Source of the DNA: a bacterium
GTDB lineage: Bacteria > UBA8248
Assembly: GCA_965261085.1 (NCBI GenBank)
Contig: OZ253442.1
Location: forward strand, 2,208,001-2,272,000
Direction of reading: 5' to 3'
Length of the DNA: 64,000 bases
Shown: positions 48,801 through 57,188 of the stretch, piece after piece
Position numbering within the stretch: position 1 is the stretch's first letter
Layout of the letters: each line of letters starts with the position of its first letter
The notes under the pieces: model-generated
What the model was told of the DNA's origin: nothing
What the model saw: the letters and a program-made list of their open reading frames with translations, nothing else
The model's database searches: none
Translations under genes and position numbers: made by a program

Positions 48801-48952
48801 GTGAACTGTATGAAAAAGCGGGCAATCGCACGCTTGCCCTCCGGATTTATCAGAAGATGAGAAAAGTGGTGGAAGATCCCGCATTTAAGCGAAAAGCTCG
48901 AATCGCCATCAGGCGAATTACGAAACAAATCAAGAAGCGTTCACGGCGATGA
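45815..48952 (+). CDS. Large secreted tetratricopeptide-repeat protein
   Basis: Signal peptide; Pro-rich N-region; repeated AL..LG....F...YP TPR units. Confidence 0.8.
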   Translation: MMRFAAFNFRCRLLLGLVAICCGYWGAESIAWAKNESATQGKQLTISLPEVVVESPNIERLIAARVRPIPPKRLGVRLPVVFVELETRSIRLPARPMPSEKKPDLDMAQILSGLSDDFIDESEQFNTALAYLQKGSPVEALALFDGLAKKTKIHFWRAASLFWAGEALLGLRKPQEARERRERLLNLLLTDGFRYVSAARYALAQERCEARDYEGCLSLLEGQSWENGELAYEEAFFLKSWAQAKMGSVDEAIDTWTMLANAKGRLAFQALVALGHLYLQRKNYTQAEKRYAAAEALGSGRGKLDNVLLGEALYGLGWARLFLGRIQGAKRAFSLFMRRHPKHLLRVFVQAGLISTEIESIQKPHERLNKLRDRLLGFSRVNRRKMLSGALRLQLAWKLFRIGVYEEASILAGKVSDEFPLGRIYRIARIVEGLSQYHLGKVKRAYGILRLGADYPPVSVHRLAEQDAARSAAMATAFAAFRLRDFKGALNVLKHWAFLPERGSAISPDGLAMLWYGEAAFELGNLDEAARAFRAVARQTPEYYRALGGLAWVQYRKKNWRKAALAFDRVFEHKPGGVLAAEALARAGEARFNLRNYDGALQSFERIEKKYRGSDVAKEALYQKAKLLFRRSRFDAAEKNFHAFLKRYPKSKTVAEVKYNLALIPFRKGQYSLARKKLLGFLESHRDSSLGGDGYLRLADSSYNEGRYREANRLYRLMMNRYPSHPKFSEAVYGRLLSHLQLGEYANFLSGAREYIDRYTESNLSISLAFQIGEVLLTQRNRVEALKAYKDVIAQYPKNELAAHALLRVAGIHRSKKDIDKALDSYEILLSQYPAVSFHADGLFGVGETLAGIGRCTEAKQKLTDFLEVYPSHDYEMLARFALGRCMVRLREYDGALTHLKTIMSNEFAAGVDLRSQSALLVAELYRKRKKYADAERALSIAVEFGALELAAEAFFAHARISSERKGQKAAAEYLKLTYRYPDQKIWVARAFGRAGELYEKAGNRTLALRIYQKMRKVVEDPAFKRKARIAIRRITKQIKKRSRR

Positions 48953-48989
48953 AAATTGAAAGCTCCCATTTACTCAAAGGTGCATATTG

Positions 48990-49589
48990 ATGTTCGAATT
49001 TTTGGCCAGAGGCGGGGTGTTGATGATTCCGTTGGGTGTTTGCTCCATCTTGGCCTTGGCCATAATCCTGGAGCGGACCCTGAATCTACGCACCAAGAAA
49101 ATCATTCAACTCGATATTTTGCAGCAAGTCAGAGATCTGGTTGCGGAGAACCAGGTGTCTGACGCCATGACCCTTTGTAGACGCTATCCTTCGGTCATGG
49201 GCAGGATACTGCTCGTTACGATAGCGAATCACGATAGAGAGCGAGAAGAACTCCGCTCCGTCGTGGAGGACGCGGGCAGGCAGGAGGTTACCACGCTCGA
49301 CAGAAACCTAGGCGCCTTGGGAACGATCGCCGCCATATCGCCACTTCTGGGCCTCACTGGCACGGTTTTCGGCATGATTCGCACCTTCGCCATTATCAGC
49401 GAGAAGGGAATCGCTCATCCCAGCCAACTCGCCGGCGGCATCAGCGAGGCCCTTATCACGACGGCGACCGGACTCGTCGTCGCGATACCCACTCTCATTT
49501 TCTACAACTATTTCACGAACAAGGCGGACCGTCTCATCCTGGAAATTGAAAAACACTCTTACCGGGTTGTTGAGACGCTAAAACGGTGA
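48990..49589 (+). CDS. MotA/TolQ/ExbB proton-channel protein
   Basis: GGVLMIPL, PLLGLTGTVFGMI, LAGGISEALITTATGL. Confidence 0.93.
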   Translation: MFEFLARGGVLMIPLGVCSILALAIILERTLNLRTKKIIQLDILQQVRDLVAENQVSDAMTLCRRYPSVMGRILLVTIANHDREREELRSVVEDAGRQEVTTLDRNLGALGTIAAISPLLGLTGTVFGMIRTFAIISEKGIAHPSQLAGGISEALITTATGLVVAIPTLIFYNYFTNKADRLILEIEKHSYRVVETLKR

Positions 49590-49596
49590 GGAAATA

Positions 49597-50022
49597 ATGA
49601 AGTTTCGAGAACTCAGGCGCGTACGAGCAGAACCTGGTATGACAGCCATGATCGATATCATCTTTTTGCTACTCTTGTTCTTTGTCTTGAGTTCTTCATT
49701 TGTTCTGCAACCAGGTGTCAAAGTGGAGTTGCCACGAACTGTCACACAGGAACATCCCGTCCGCAAGGATTTAATCCTCATCATCGCGCGTGATGAAAGA
49801 GTGTTCTTGAATAACGATCAAGTACCCCTTAAATCTCTCTGGGGTCGATTGATAGAAGAGTTGAAAGTCCAGCGAGAGGGCATGATCATCATTCGAGCGG
49901 ACAAGGGAGTGCCTCATGGTTTGGTGGTGCAAGTGATGGACATCGCCAAACAGGCGGGAGCCCTGCGAATGTCGATTGCGACGGCGCCAACGAGGCGGGC
50001 GCAAAAAAAGACGACGAAATAG
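49597..50022 (+). CDS. ExbD/TolR-family protein
   Basis: TAMIDIIFLLLLFF (channel Asp), IRAD..VPHG.VV.VMD. Confidence 0.93.
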   Translation: MKFRELRRVRAEPGMTAMIDIIFLLLLFFVLSSSFVLQPGVKVELPRTVTQEHPVRKDLILIIARDERVFLNNDQVPLKSLWGRLIEELKVQREGMIIIRADKGVPHGLVVQVMDIAKQAGALRMSIATAPTRRAQKKTTK

Positions 50023-50047
50023 CCCGAAGGAGGCTAGCTCAAATACC

Positions 50048-50887
50048 ATGAGCTTTTCGTTAATTCTGATGTTGTTGATTTCTATCGTGCTCCATATGAG
50101 CCTCGTTGTGCTAGGCCCTGCCATCAAACTGGCGTCGATATTCGCCAAACAGCCCGAGAGAATGGAAGTCGAACTGGTACGCCGTGAGATCCCCATACCA
50201 GAAGCGCTACTGCCGAAGCCGTTGCCCGAAGTTCCCTTGCCGAAACCATTGGATTTGAGCCACATGCTTCAAAAAGAAGGCGCGGCGAAGCGGGACTTGG
50301 ATCTCTCCATGAAAACGAAGCTCGAAGCGCCTGATCCAGGATCGTTGCCTGAGAGCAAGCCGCTACCCGATCCCCCCACTGTGGAAATGCCGGAACCGGT
50401 GCTTACCCCCGGGAAAATACTTCCGGCCGAGATTTCGGAAGCAGGCGGAGGGCTAGAGGAAATCGTTTTGCCGATAGAAGAAAAAATAGGAGAATCAAGG
50501 GGTTTGAAGGGCAGAAAAAAAGTAGCATTTTCGGATTCCATAGCGGACCGGAAAATGTTGGATGAATTGTCGCGCCTGAACTTTTCCCGCCCATCCCAGA
50601 AAAAGAAACGAACCGCCATTGCAGGGCCGGCTGCAAGGCGAAGACTCCTGTTTCAGCCCAAACCCCCCAAGCTTGAGAGGCTCGAAAGCACGACGGAGAT
50701 CGTACTGAAGTTTTGGGTGCTGCCCGACGGCACCGTCGGCCGCGTCATTCCGACTAGAAAGGCGAGCGCTTATCTCGAAGGCCTGGCTTCGAATCACCTG
50801 AAGCGCTGGCGCTTCAGTCCGCTGCCCCCGGGCGCCGGGGACAAGGAGCAATGGGGCGAAATCACCTTCCGTTTTCTCTTGCGCTGA
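50048..50887 (+). CDS. TonB/TolA-like energy transducer
   Basis: TM helix with S-x3-H (ISIVLH), Pro-rich spacer, C-terminal TonB_C-like FWVLPDGTV...WRFSP. Confidence 0.8.
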   Translation: MSFSLILMLLISIVLHMSLVVLGPAIKLASIFAKQPERMEVELVRREIPIPEALLPKPLPEVPLPKPLDLSHMLQKEGAAKRDLDLSMKTKLEAPDPGSLPESKPLPDPPTVEMPEPVLTPGKILPAEISEAGGGLEEIVLPIEEKIGESRGLKGRKKVAFSDSIADRKMLDELSRLNFSRPSQKKKRTAIAGPAARRRLLFQPKPPKLERLESTTEIVLKFWVLPDGTVGRVIPTRKASAYLEGLASNHLKRWRFSPLPPGAGDKEQWGEITFRFLLR

Positions 50888-50897
50888 GGAGTGTGTT

Positions 50898-51356
50898 TTG
50901 GAATACGAGGCTACGGGTTTGTTTTACGAGGAACTCGAAGAGGGCAGGGCGTGGAAGACCGCCGCGCGTACGATAGGAGAGTCCGATGTCAACGCCTTCT
51001 CCGCTTTGACGGGTGATTACACCTATCTGCACACCGATGCGGAGGCGGCGGCCAAGACCCCTTTCGGGGAAAGGGTGGGCCATGGGCTGCTCGGGCTTTC
51101 ATTCCTCATGGGTATGGTGACCAGGCTCGGGATAGTCGAGGGGACGGTCGAGGCGTTTTTGGGCTTGGAGTGGCGCTTTCGCGGTCCGATTCGCTTCGGC
51201 GATACGATCGCCGGCGAGGTAGTCGTGAAATCAAGGCGCATCTCCAGCAAGGGCCAGGGGTTGGTGACGCTCGCGCTTAAGCTCTTGAATCAACGCGATG
51301 AGCTCATCCACGAGGGCGACGTCACCATCATGGTGGAGCGAAAGGAAAAAGATTAG
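50898..51356 (+). CDS. MaoC-family dehydratase (hotdog fold)
   Basis: RTI.ESDV..FS.LTGD...LH.D, FGERVGHG, F..PIRFGDTI. Confidence 0.88.
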   Translation: MEYEATGLFYEELEEGRAWKTAARTIGESDVNAFSALTGDYTYLHTDAEAAAKTPFGERVGHGLLGLSFLMGMVTRLGIVEGTVEAFLGLEWRFRGPIRFGDTIAGEVVVKSRRISSKGQGLVTLALKLLNQRDELIHEGDVTIMVERKEKD

Positions 51357-51440
51357 ATTGTATATCCCGTTTATTATCAGCTAGTTATGATGCCTATCCG
51401 TATGTTCTGCTAGAATCTCGATCGTGCACGGTTCCCTCCT

Positions 51441-51590
51441 GTTTTCCCGCGATCTTTTTGCAGAAATTTATCGAAAAACCATGTGAATTTATCGAATTTT
51501 TCAGGAATTCCAAAGCCCCCTAAGGGGCCAAGCCGCTTCGCCACCATACCTCCGCGCCCGTTTCATCCCACCGTCGCAAATGCGGGAAAA
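51441..51590. repeat. Dispersed intergenic element, copy B
   Basis: Same core as 25419-25565; bounded by inverted TTTTCCCGC (51442-51450) / GCGGGAAAA (51582-51590). Confidence 0.6.
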
Positions 51591-51611
51591 AGTGCGCTTC
51601 AATGATGGCGG

Positions 51612-51963
51612 TTATCTCGAGGGCGCCGAACGGCTCGTCCATCCGTAGGGCTTGCCCGCCGTGTGCTTCGTTCCGAGCCGTTGATGCGTCTCCTGCCATT
51701 GGAGCTTGACCGATTCCCGGCGCTTTTCCGCAGCCTTGGACAATCGCATGGCGATGTCGACGGCCTCGTCGATATTCTTCTTCTTCACCATGTCCTTCAG
51801 CGCCCGCGCAACCGCGCGCATAAAACGCTGCACTTGTCCGGGTTTCTCGGCAATCCTTTGCTCGTGAACCACCACGCCATGTCCTAGCGGAGAAATGCCG
51901 AAATCCGCGAACATCATAAAGTACCCCGGTTTCCCTTTTCCCTGGCGGGCGCGCACGACGAGA
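51612..51963 (-). pseudogene. C-terminal remnant of an NMT1/THI5/SsuA-type ABC substrate-binding protein
   Basis: FADFGISPLGHGVVV.....AEKP..VQRF.RA..RAL......DEAV...GKPYGW; no start of its own for the missing N-terminal part; abuts the monooxygenase stop. Confidence 0.55.
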
Positions 51964-53304
51964 TCAAACGGCGAGGTTTTCTCGCAGAGTCTTGCCCTCA
52001 TAGGAATTCCTGTACCTCCCCCGTCTTTGTAATTCGGGAACCAGGTGATCCACGATGTTGAGCATAATCTCGCGTGGCCCGGCCTGGGACTGCTTGACCA
52101 TGAAGCCGCCGCGACTCCCGGTCGCTTCGAATATCTCTTCGAAACGATCGGCAATCTGCGCCGCCGTACCGGTGAGCGCGGTGGCGTAACCCGTTGCCGA
52201 CTCGAGCCCATGCCGGAAGAATTCCTCGCGATCGATCTCGGCGTGCTCGCCATATTTGTGCGCCAGGAGATTGACGAAACCCACCGGGGAGGCCTGCGCG
52301 GCGACGATCCGTTCTTGAAGTTCCGCCAGGGAGAATCGCGGCGGCAGTTGGGACATGTCGTAGCCGGTATTGTGCGACAGCCATACCCCGACGGCTTCGG
52401 TAGGCACATCGGCAATCAGCATTTCTCGCATCGCATGCGCCTGTTTCTCGGTTTCACCGACGATGGCCCTGAGCGCCCAGATGATGCCGACCTCCTCCGG
52501 GTCCCGCCCCTCTGCGACGAGGGCGTCATCGAGGTCTTGTCGTTGCTTCGTCATGAGCGGCAACGTTTTGGTTCTGCCAAAAACATGATCGGCGACATGA
52601 GCGGCGCCTTTGGTGCCGCGCGGAGAGCCTCCGGCCTGAATGATTACGGGACTTCCTTGAGGAGACGGAACGACGCTTAGAGGCCCCTTGACCTTGAAAA
52701 ACTTCCCCTGGTGGTTGATCGGATGAACTTTGGCAGGGTCGGCGATCCGGCCCGAAGCCTTGTCCCAGAGGAAAGCATCCGGTTCGACGCTTTTCCACAA
52801 CGCCCGGCAGACGTCGATAAACTCTTCCAGCCGCTCGTAGCGCTCACCATGCTCCGGAAGCCCATCGTAGCCATAGTTCGCAAAATCGGAACGGCGCGCC
52901 GAGGTGATGACGTTAAAGGCCATTCGACCGTTGGTAATATGGTCCATGGAATTCAAAAGACGCGCCGTATAAAAAGGGTGCATAAAGCTGGATGAGTACG
53001 TCAAGCCGAACCCGAGATGTTTGGTGACGCGTGACATCGCGACAATCCACGGACTCATGTCAAACCTTGGCCATGCGACGCCGTAGCTGACCGCATCGTC
53101 AATCGAGTCTTTCCACATGTCGGGAATGCCCGTCGAGTCTCCTAAGAAAATGAGGTCAAGACCGCCACGCTCCGCGACGCGCGCAACTTCCTCGAACAGG
53201 CCGATATTGGGGTGGTGGCGGTCTACCCACGAACCCGTATTCCTCCAGTTGCTCTCCACCTCGGTCCACGAGATATCGAATGCCAATTGGATGCGCTTCT
53301 TCAT
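51964..53304 (-). CDS. NtaA/DmoA/DszA-family FMN-dependent monooxygenase (LLM)
   Basis: AERGG.D.IFLGD, HPFY.AR...SMDH.T.GR.AFNVITS, FKVKGPL, SPQG.PVIIQAG.S, LVPELQRRG, TLRENL. Confidence 0.9.
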   Translation of the reverse strand: MKKRIQLAFDISWTEVESNWRNTGSWVDRHHPNIGLFEEVARVAERGGLDLIFLGDSTGIPDMWKDSIDDAVSYGVAWPRFDMSPWIVAMSRVTKHLGFGLTYSSSFMHPFYTARLLNSMDHITNGRMAFNVITSARRSDFANYGYDGLPEHGERYERLEEFIDVCRALWKSVEPDAFLWDKASGRIADPAKVHPINHQGKFFKVKGPLSVVPSPQGSPVIIQAGGSPRGTKGAAHVADHVFGRTKTLPLMTKQRQDLDDALVAEGRDPEEVGIIWALRAIVGETEKQAHAMREMLIADVPTEAVGVWLSHNTGYDMSQLPPRFSLAELQERIVAAQASPVGFVNLLAHKYGEHAEIDREEFFRHGLESATGYATALTGTAAQIADRFEEIFEATGSRGGFMVKQSQAGPREIMLNIVDHLVPELQRRGRYRNSYEGKTLRENLAV

Positions 53305-53684
53305 CTAATTTTCCTCGGAATATGACAATTACGCTCACCCTCGCCGGTAAGCTGATGTTGTCCGACTTTCTCCATTTGGCATCTTTAAGGGCGAAGTTTA
53401 CTACGGCTGGATGCGATCTTCCAGACCGGGTTTGATTGAGCCGTAGCCGAAAGTTGGTGAATGGAATAGCCATTTCGTGAGGCGTAAGCGTGCGGCAAGA
53501 AAAATCGGGGCCTTCCCCGCGATGAGGGGACGGGAAGGAACGGGATGAACACCTGCGGGAAAACCGACGGGAAAGAGGCGCGCCATTCGCATCGACCCGG
53601 GAGTCCGATCAGGGGTTCGCCGTCATTGCGGCGCATGCCGAAACGACCCGCCGTCGTTATATGGTAAGGGGTCGGCCCCTCTCC

Positions 53685-53927
53685 TCACCCCCCCACAATC
53701 GGCGGGAACACGCAAAGCTCCGACCCCGCGGGTATCACGACCGATTTCTTCGCGTGCCGCCCGTCGAGCAGGACGATATAAGCCTCCTCATAAGGAATCT
53801 CGAAGCGATCGAGCACGTCGTACACCCGCGCGTCCTCGGGCAGCGTGATTTCGGCCACGCCCTCCGCATCCTGCTCGGACGGCATTTTCTCCGCAAAATC
53901 GGCGAACAATTTGATGCGGATCTTCAT
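53685..53927 (-). CDS. MoaD/ThiS-family ubiquitin-like sulfur carrier
   Basis: 80 aa; MKIRIKLFA...VFPPIVGG with C-terminal GG. Confidence 0.88.
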   Translation of the reverse strand: MKIRIKLFADFAEKMPSEQDAEGVAEITLPEDARVYDVLDRFEIPYEEAYIVLLDGRHAKKSVVIPAGSELCVFPPIVGG

Positions 53928-54029
53928 GGACAACCTCTCGCCTCTTTCTTCCCGAATTTCCACCGGGCCTCACCCATCACCTGTGAAACGGTGTTCATGG
54001 CTGACGCTCTGGCGTTTTCCGGCGTAGCT

Positions 54030-55268
54030 TCAAGACCCGCTCTCCAGCATTTCTCTGGCGCGCGCCAGGGCCGCCTCGATCACCTGCTTGAGCGGTACCC
54101 CGTTTTCTTCCGCCAGGCGCTTGCAGTCCTCGTATTCGGGCGCGAGATTCGTGAGCATGCCCTCGAAGGTTCCTTTCTTGACGCGCACCCCGCCCCAGGG
54201 GAGCGCGACGTCCATCCACGCGCGCTCGGCGACCGCGCGCCCCGTCGTGCGGTGGCGAACGCCCAGGGTCGATGTTTCCTGAAACAGGAAGCGGGTGAGG
54301 GCGTCTTGTTTCGCGAGAGGGCTTAAGACCGTGAGCAGTTGTCCGGGCCTTCCCTTCTTGCCCGTCACGGGTATGGAGAACGCATCGAGCGCGCCCGCCT
54401 TAAGCGCCCCTTCGATGATGTGGGGGAAAAGTTCGGGGCTCATGTCGTCGATGTTGGCCTCTAGCACGGCGATGGTGGTGGGCGGTCCCTCGCCTTCGGT
54501 ACTCGCCTCGGTTTCTCCCAAAAAGGCGCGAACGGCGTTGGGGGTGTTCGGTTGGTCCTTGTCGCCCGCGCCGTAGCCCACCCGCGTTATCGTCATCTCG
54601 GGCATGGGGCCGAAAAATTCCGCGCTCTCGCCGAGCAATAAGGCCCCCGTGGGCGTCAGAACCTCGCCTTCCAGATCGCTCTCGGCCACGGGTATGCCTT
54701 CGAGCAGTTTCGCGGTCGCGGGCGCGGGGACGGGCATCCGCCCATGCGCGCATTGTACGAATCCGCGTCCCACAGGCAGGGGAGAGGCCGCGACCCGCTC
54801 GATTCCCAGCATGTGGAGGCCCAGAAAATAGCCCGTGATGTCGATGATGGAATCAATCGCGCCCACTTCGTGGAAATGGATGGCGTCGAGGCCGACGCCG
54901 TGGATGCCCGCCTCCACGACTCCCAGGCGGTGAAACGCGGAGATGGCGCGGTTTTTGGGAGCCTCGGGGATGGACGCCTTTTCGAGAATTTCCCGAATCT
55001 GCACGTAAGAACGGCCATGATGGTGCGCGCCGTGGGAGTCCCCCCCTTCGTGGTGATGATGGTGGGTTTCTTGTGTAATGTTCACCCTGAACATCCTGGC
55101 CGTAACTCCTTGTTTAATCAGTCTCTCAGAATAAAGGGAATAACCATCAATCCCCAGCTTCGCAAGCTCGCCTTCGAGTGCAGGAAAATCGAGGCCTACG
55201 TCTATCAAAGCGCCCACGAGCATATCGCCCGCAGCCCCAGCAAAGCAGTCGAAATAGATCGTCTTCAT
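54030..55268 (-). CDS. larC: Nickel-pincer nucleotide cofactor nickel insertase LarC
   Basis: DCFAGAAGDM, His-rich tract, HFHEVGAIDS, PVPAPAT, TPTGA, EANIDD, PEYEDC. Confidence 0.95.
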   Translation of the reverse strand: MKTIYFDCFAGAAGDMLVGALIDVGLDFPALEGELAKLGIDGYSLYSERLIKQGVTARMFRVNITQETHHHHHEGGDSHGAHHHGRSYVQIREILEKASIPEAPKNRAISAFHRLGVVEAGIHGVGLDAIHFHEVGAIDSIIDITGYFLGLHMLGIERVAASPLPVGRGFVQCAHGRMPVPAPATAKLLEGIPVAESDLEGEVLTPTGALLLGESAEFFGPMPEMTITRVGYGAGDKDQPNTPNAVRAFLGETEASTEGEGPPTTIAVLEANIDDMSPELFPHIIEGALKAGALDAFSIPVTGKKGRPGQLLTVLSPLAKQDALTRFLFQETSTLGVRHRTTGRAVAERAWMDVALPWGGVRVKKGTFEGMLTNLAPEYEDCKRLAEENGVPLKQVIEAALARAREMLESGS

Positions 55269-56023
55269 GAAGCGGCCGTTTGCTTGTTGATGAGGTGCGC
55301 CTGACACGCCGCGCCGAAGCCGTTGTCGATATTCACCACGCTTAAGCCCGATGCGCATGAGGTCAGCATGGCGAACAGCGTCGTCAGCCCGCCCAGGTTC
55401 GCGCCGTAGCCCACCGAGGTGGGCACCGCGATGACGGGGCAGGCCATCAGACCGGCGACCACGGAGGGCAGGGCGCCTTCCATCCCCGCCACGGCGATGA
55501 TGACGTTCGCGGTGCGCAGGGTTTTCACTTCCGCCAGGAGGCGATGCAGGCCCGCTACGCCCACGTCGTAGACGCGCGTCACCTCAGAACCCAGAATGCG
55601 CGCGGTCACCGCCGCCTCCTCGGCGACGGGCATGTCGGATGTGCCCGCGCAAACGACTGCGACAGAACCGACGGGAGCGGGTGGATTCTTGGACGGGATT
55701 TCGACGATGCGGGCGGTTTCGTGGTGAAGCGCCCGGGGAGATAATTCCAGCAGGGCTTCGGCCTGCTCCGCCTTGGCGTGCGTGAGCAGAACAGATTGTT
55801 CTTTCGCCATCAGGCTCCTGGCGATTTCGACGACTTGGCTCCTGGTTTTCCCCGCGCCGAAGATGACCTCGGGAAACCCGTTTCTCAGGGCGCGATGGTG
55901 GTCCACCCTCGTGTGGCCCAGATCCTCGAAGGGCAGATCGCGAAGGCGCGCTGCGGCGTCATCCGGAGCGAGACGGCCCTGTTTCACCTGCTCCAGGAGT
56001 TCGAGGATGAGGTTCGGGTTCAC
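55265..56023 (-). CDS. larB: NPN cofactor carboxylase/hydrolase LarB
   Basis: DHHR..R.GFPEV, AGTSD.PVAEEA, DVGVAG, AGMEGALPS, PTSVGYG, VNIDNGFGAA; GTG start at 56023. Confidence 0.95.
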   Translation of the reverse strand: MNPNLILELLEQVKQGRLAPDDAAARLRDLPFEDLGHTRVDHHRALRNGFPEVIFGAGKTRSQVVEIARSLMAKEQSVLLTHAKAEQAEALLELSPRALHHETARIVEIPSKNPPAPVGSVAVVCAGTSDMPVAEEAAVTARILGSEVTRVYDVGVAGLHRLLAEVKTLRTANVIIAVAGMEGALPSVVAGLMACPVIAVPTSVGYGANLGGLTTLFAMLTSCASGLSVVNIDNGFGAACQAHLINKQTAAS

Positions 56024-56868
56024 GAGAGGATGAGAAGATCGGGCTTGCGCTCGAATTTGAGCACTTCGTTCATACTTCCCGAACGGAATCCTTCCAGGTC
56101 GATGGTCACGTAGTTGAAGCCGGCCTCTTTCATGCGGGCGATCACTTGCTCTGAGATTTCTTCGTCTACCAGGCGCGCGATGTCGGCCTTGGGCACCTCG
56201 ATCCTGGCGACGTCGCCGTGGTGGCGCACCCGCAACTGCCGGAAGCCCAACTCCCGCAATCCGCTTTCCGCCTTTTCGACCTGGGCGATCTTCTCGGGCG
56301 TGATGCGGTCTCCATAGGGGAACCTGCTCGAGAGACACGCCTGCGCCGGTTTGTCCCAGGTGGGGAGGCCGAACGATTGGGAGAGGGTGCGGATGTCCTC
56401 TTTCGTCATTCCCACTTCCATGAGCGGGCTTCTCACGTCCAACTCCCGCGCCGCCTGCATGCCGGGACGATGATCGCCCACGTCGTCGGCGTTCGAGCCG
56501 TCGACGATGTGGGCCATTTCCTCCTGGGCCGCCACGCGGCTCAAGACGGTATAGAGTTCGTTTTTGCAGAAATAACAACGATTCGGCGGGTTGTTTCCAA
56601 AAGATTCATCCGCTATCTCGTCGGTGTCCACGATGATGTGGCGAATCCCGATTTGCGCCGCAAGGGTGCCCGATTCCTTGAGTTCGGAGGAGGCCAAGGT
56701 GACGGAGCGGCCCGTGACGGCGAGCGCTCCCGCGCCCAGAACCTCGTGTGCGACTTTGGCCAGAAATGTGCTGTCCACGCCCGCCGAGAACGCGACCAGA
56801 ACGCTCCCCATCTCCTCCAGGGTTTGTTCGAGTTTTTTGAGTTTTACGTTCGGCTTCGCATCGCTCAA
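56020..56868 (-). CDS. larE: ATP-dependent sulfur transferase LarE ([4Fe-4S]-type)
   Basis: PP-loop AFSAGVDS, RCYFCK, RPG..A, ACLSSR, GFRSGSMN. Confidence 0.93.
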   Translation of the reverse strand: MSDAKPNVKLKKLEQTLEEMGSVLVAFSAGVDSTFLAKVAHEVLGAGALAVTGRSVTLASSELKESGTLAAQIGIRHIIVDTDEIADESFGNNPPNRCYFCKNELYTVLSRVAAQEEMAHIVDGSNADDVGDHRPGMQAARELDVRSPLMEVGMTKEDIRTLSQSFGLPTWDKPAQACLSSRFPYGDRITPEKIAQVEKAESGLRELGFRQLRVRHHGDVARIEVPKADIARLVDEEISEQVIARMKEAGFNYVTIDLEGFRSGSMNEVLKFERKPDLLILS

Positions 56869-57188
56869 GATGAGTCTCCGTTAGGCGGCTGGATGTGCAT
56901 ATTCTATCCCGTCCTGCTCACCGAGAGCAACGCATCGACATTCGAGGTTTCATGGCGTATGACGATATCCGGTTCCTGGCAAGGAGGAGTCATGGGCGCG
57001 CTCGTCGGGGAGGCTGAGGCTGCTGTGAATGGAAGCATAAAAGGAGAGGGATTCTTTTAGTGCCACGAGAGAGTCCCCCGCTGATGTTTGATCGCCAAGG
57101 GATAGTCAAATCGTTCTGAATGGTCTATATGTTCGCCGTTTGAAAAGTTCAAGACGATGATGCGGACAAATAATAGAGGTGTAAGACT

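Noticed and set aside
51964-52415. 5' part of the 267-aa track ORF 51612-52415 as a real gene
   Set aside because: It is an alternative frame inside the monooxygenase; only the part below about 51963 looks protein-like (SBP remnant).
54030-55268. Programmed frameshift in larC, as in Lactiplantibacillus
   Set aside because: LarC here is one continuous ORF containing both domains.
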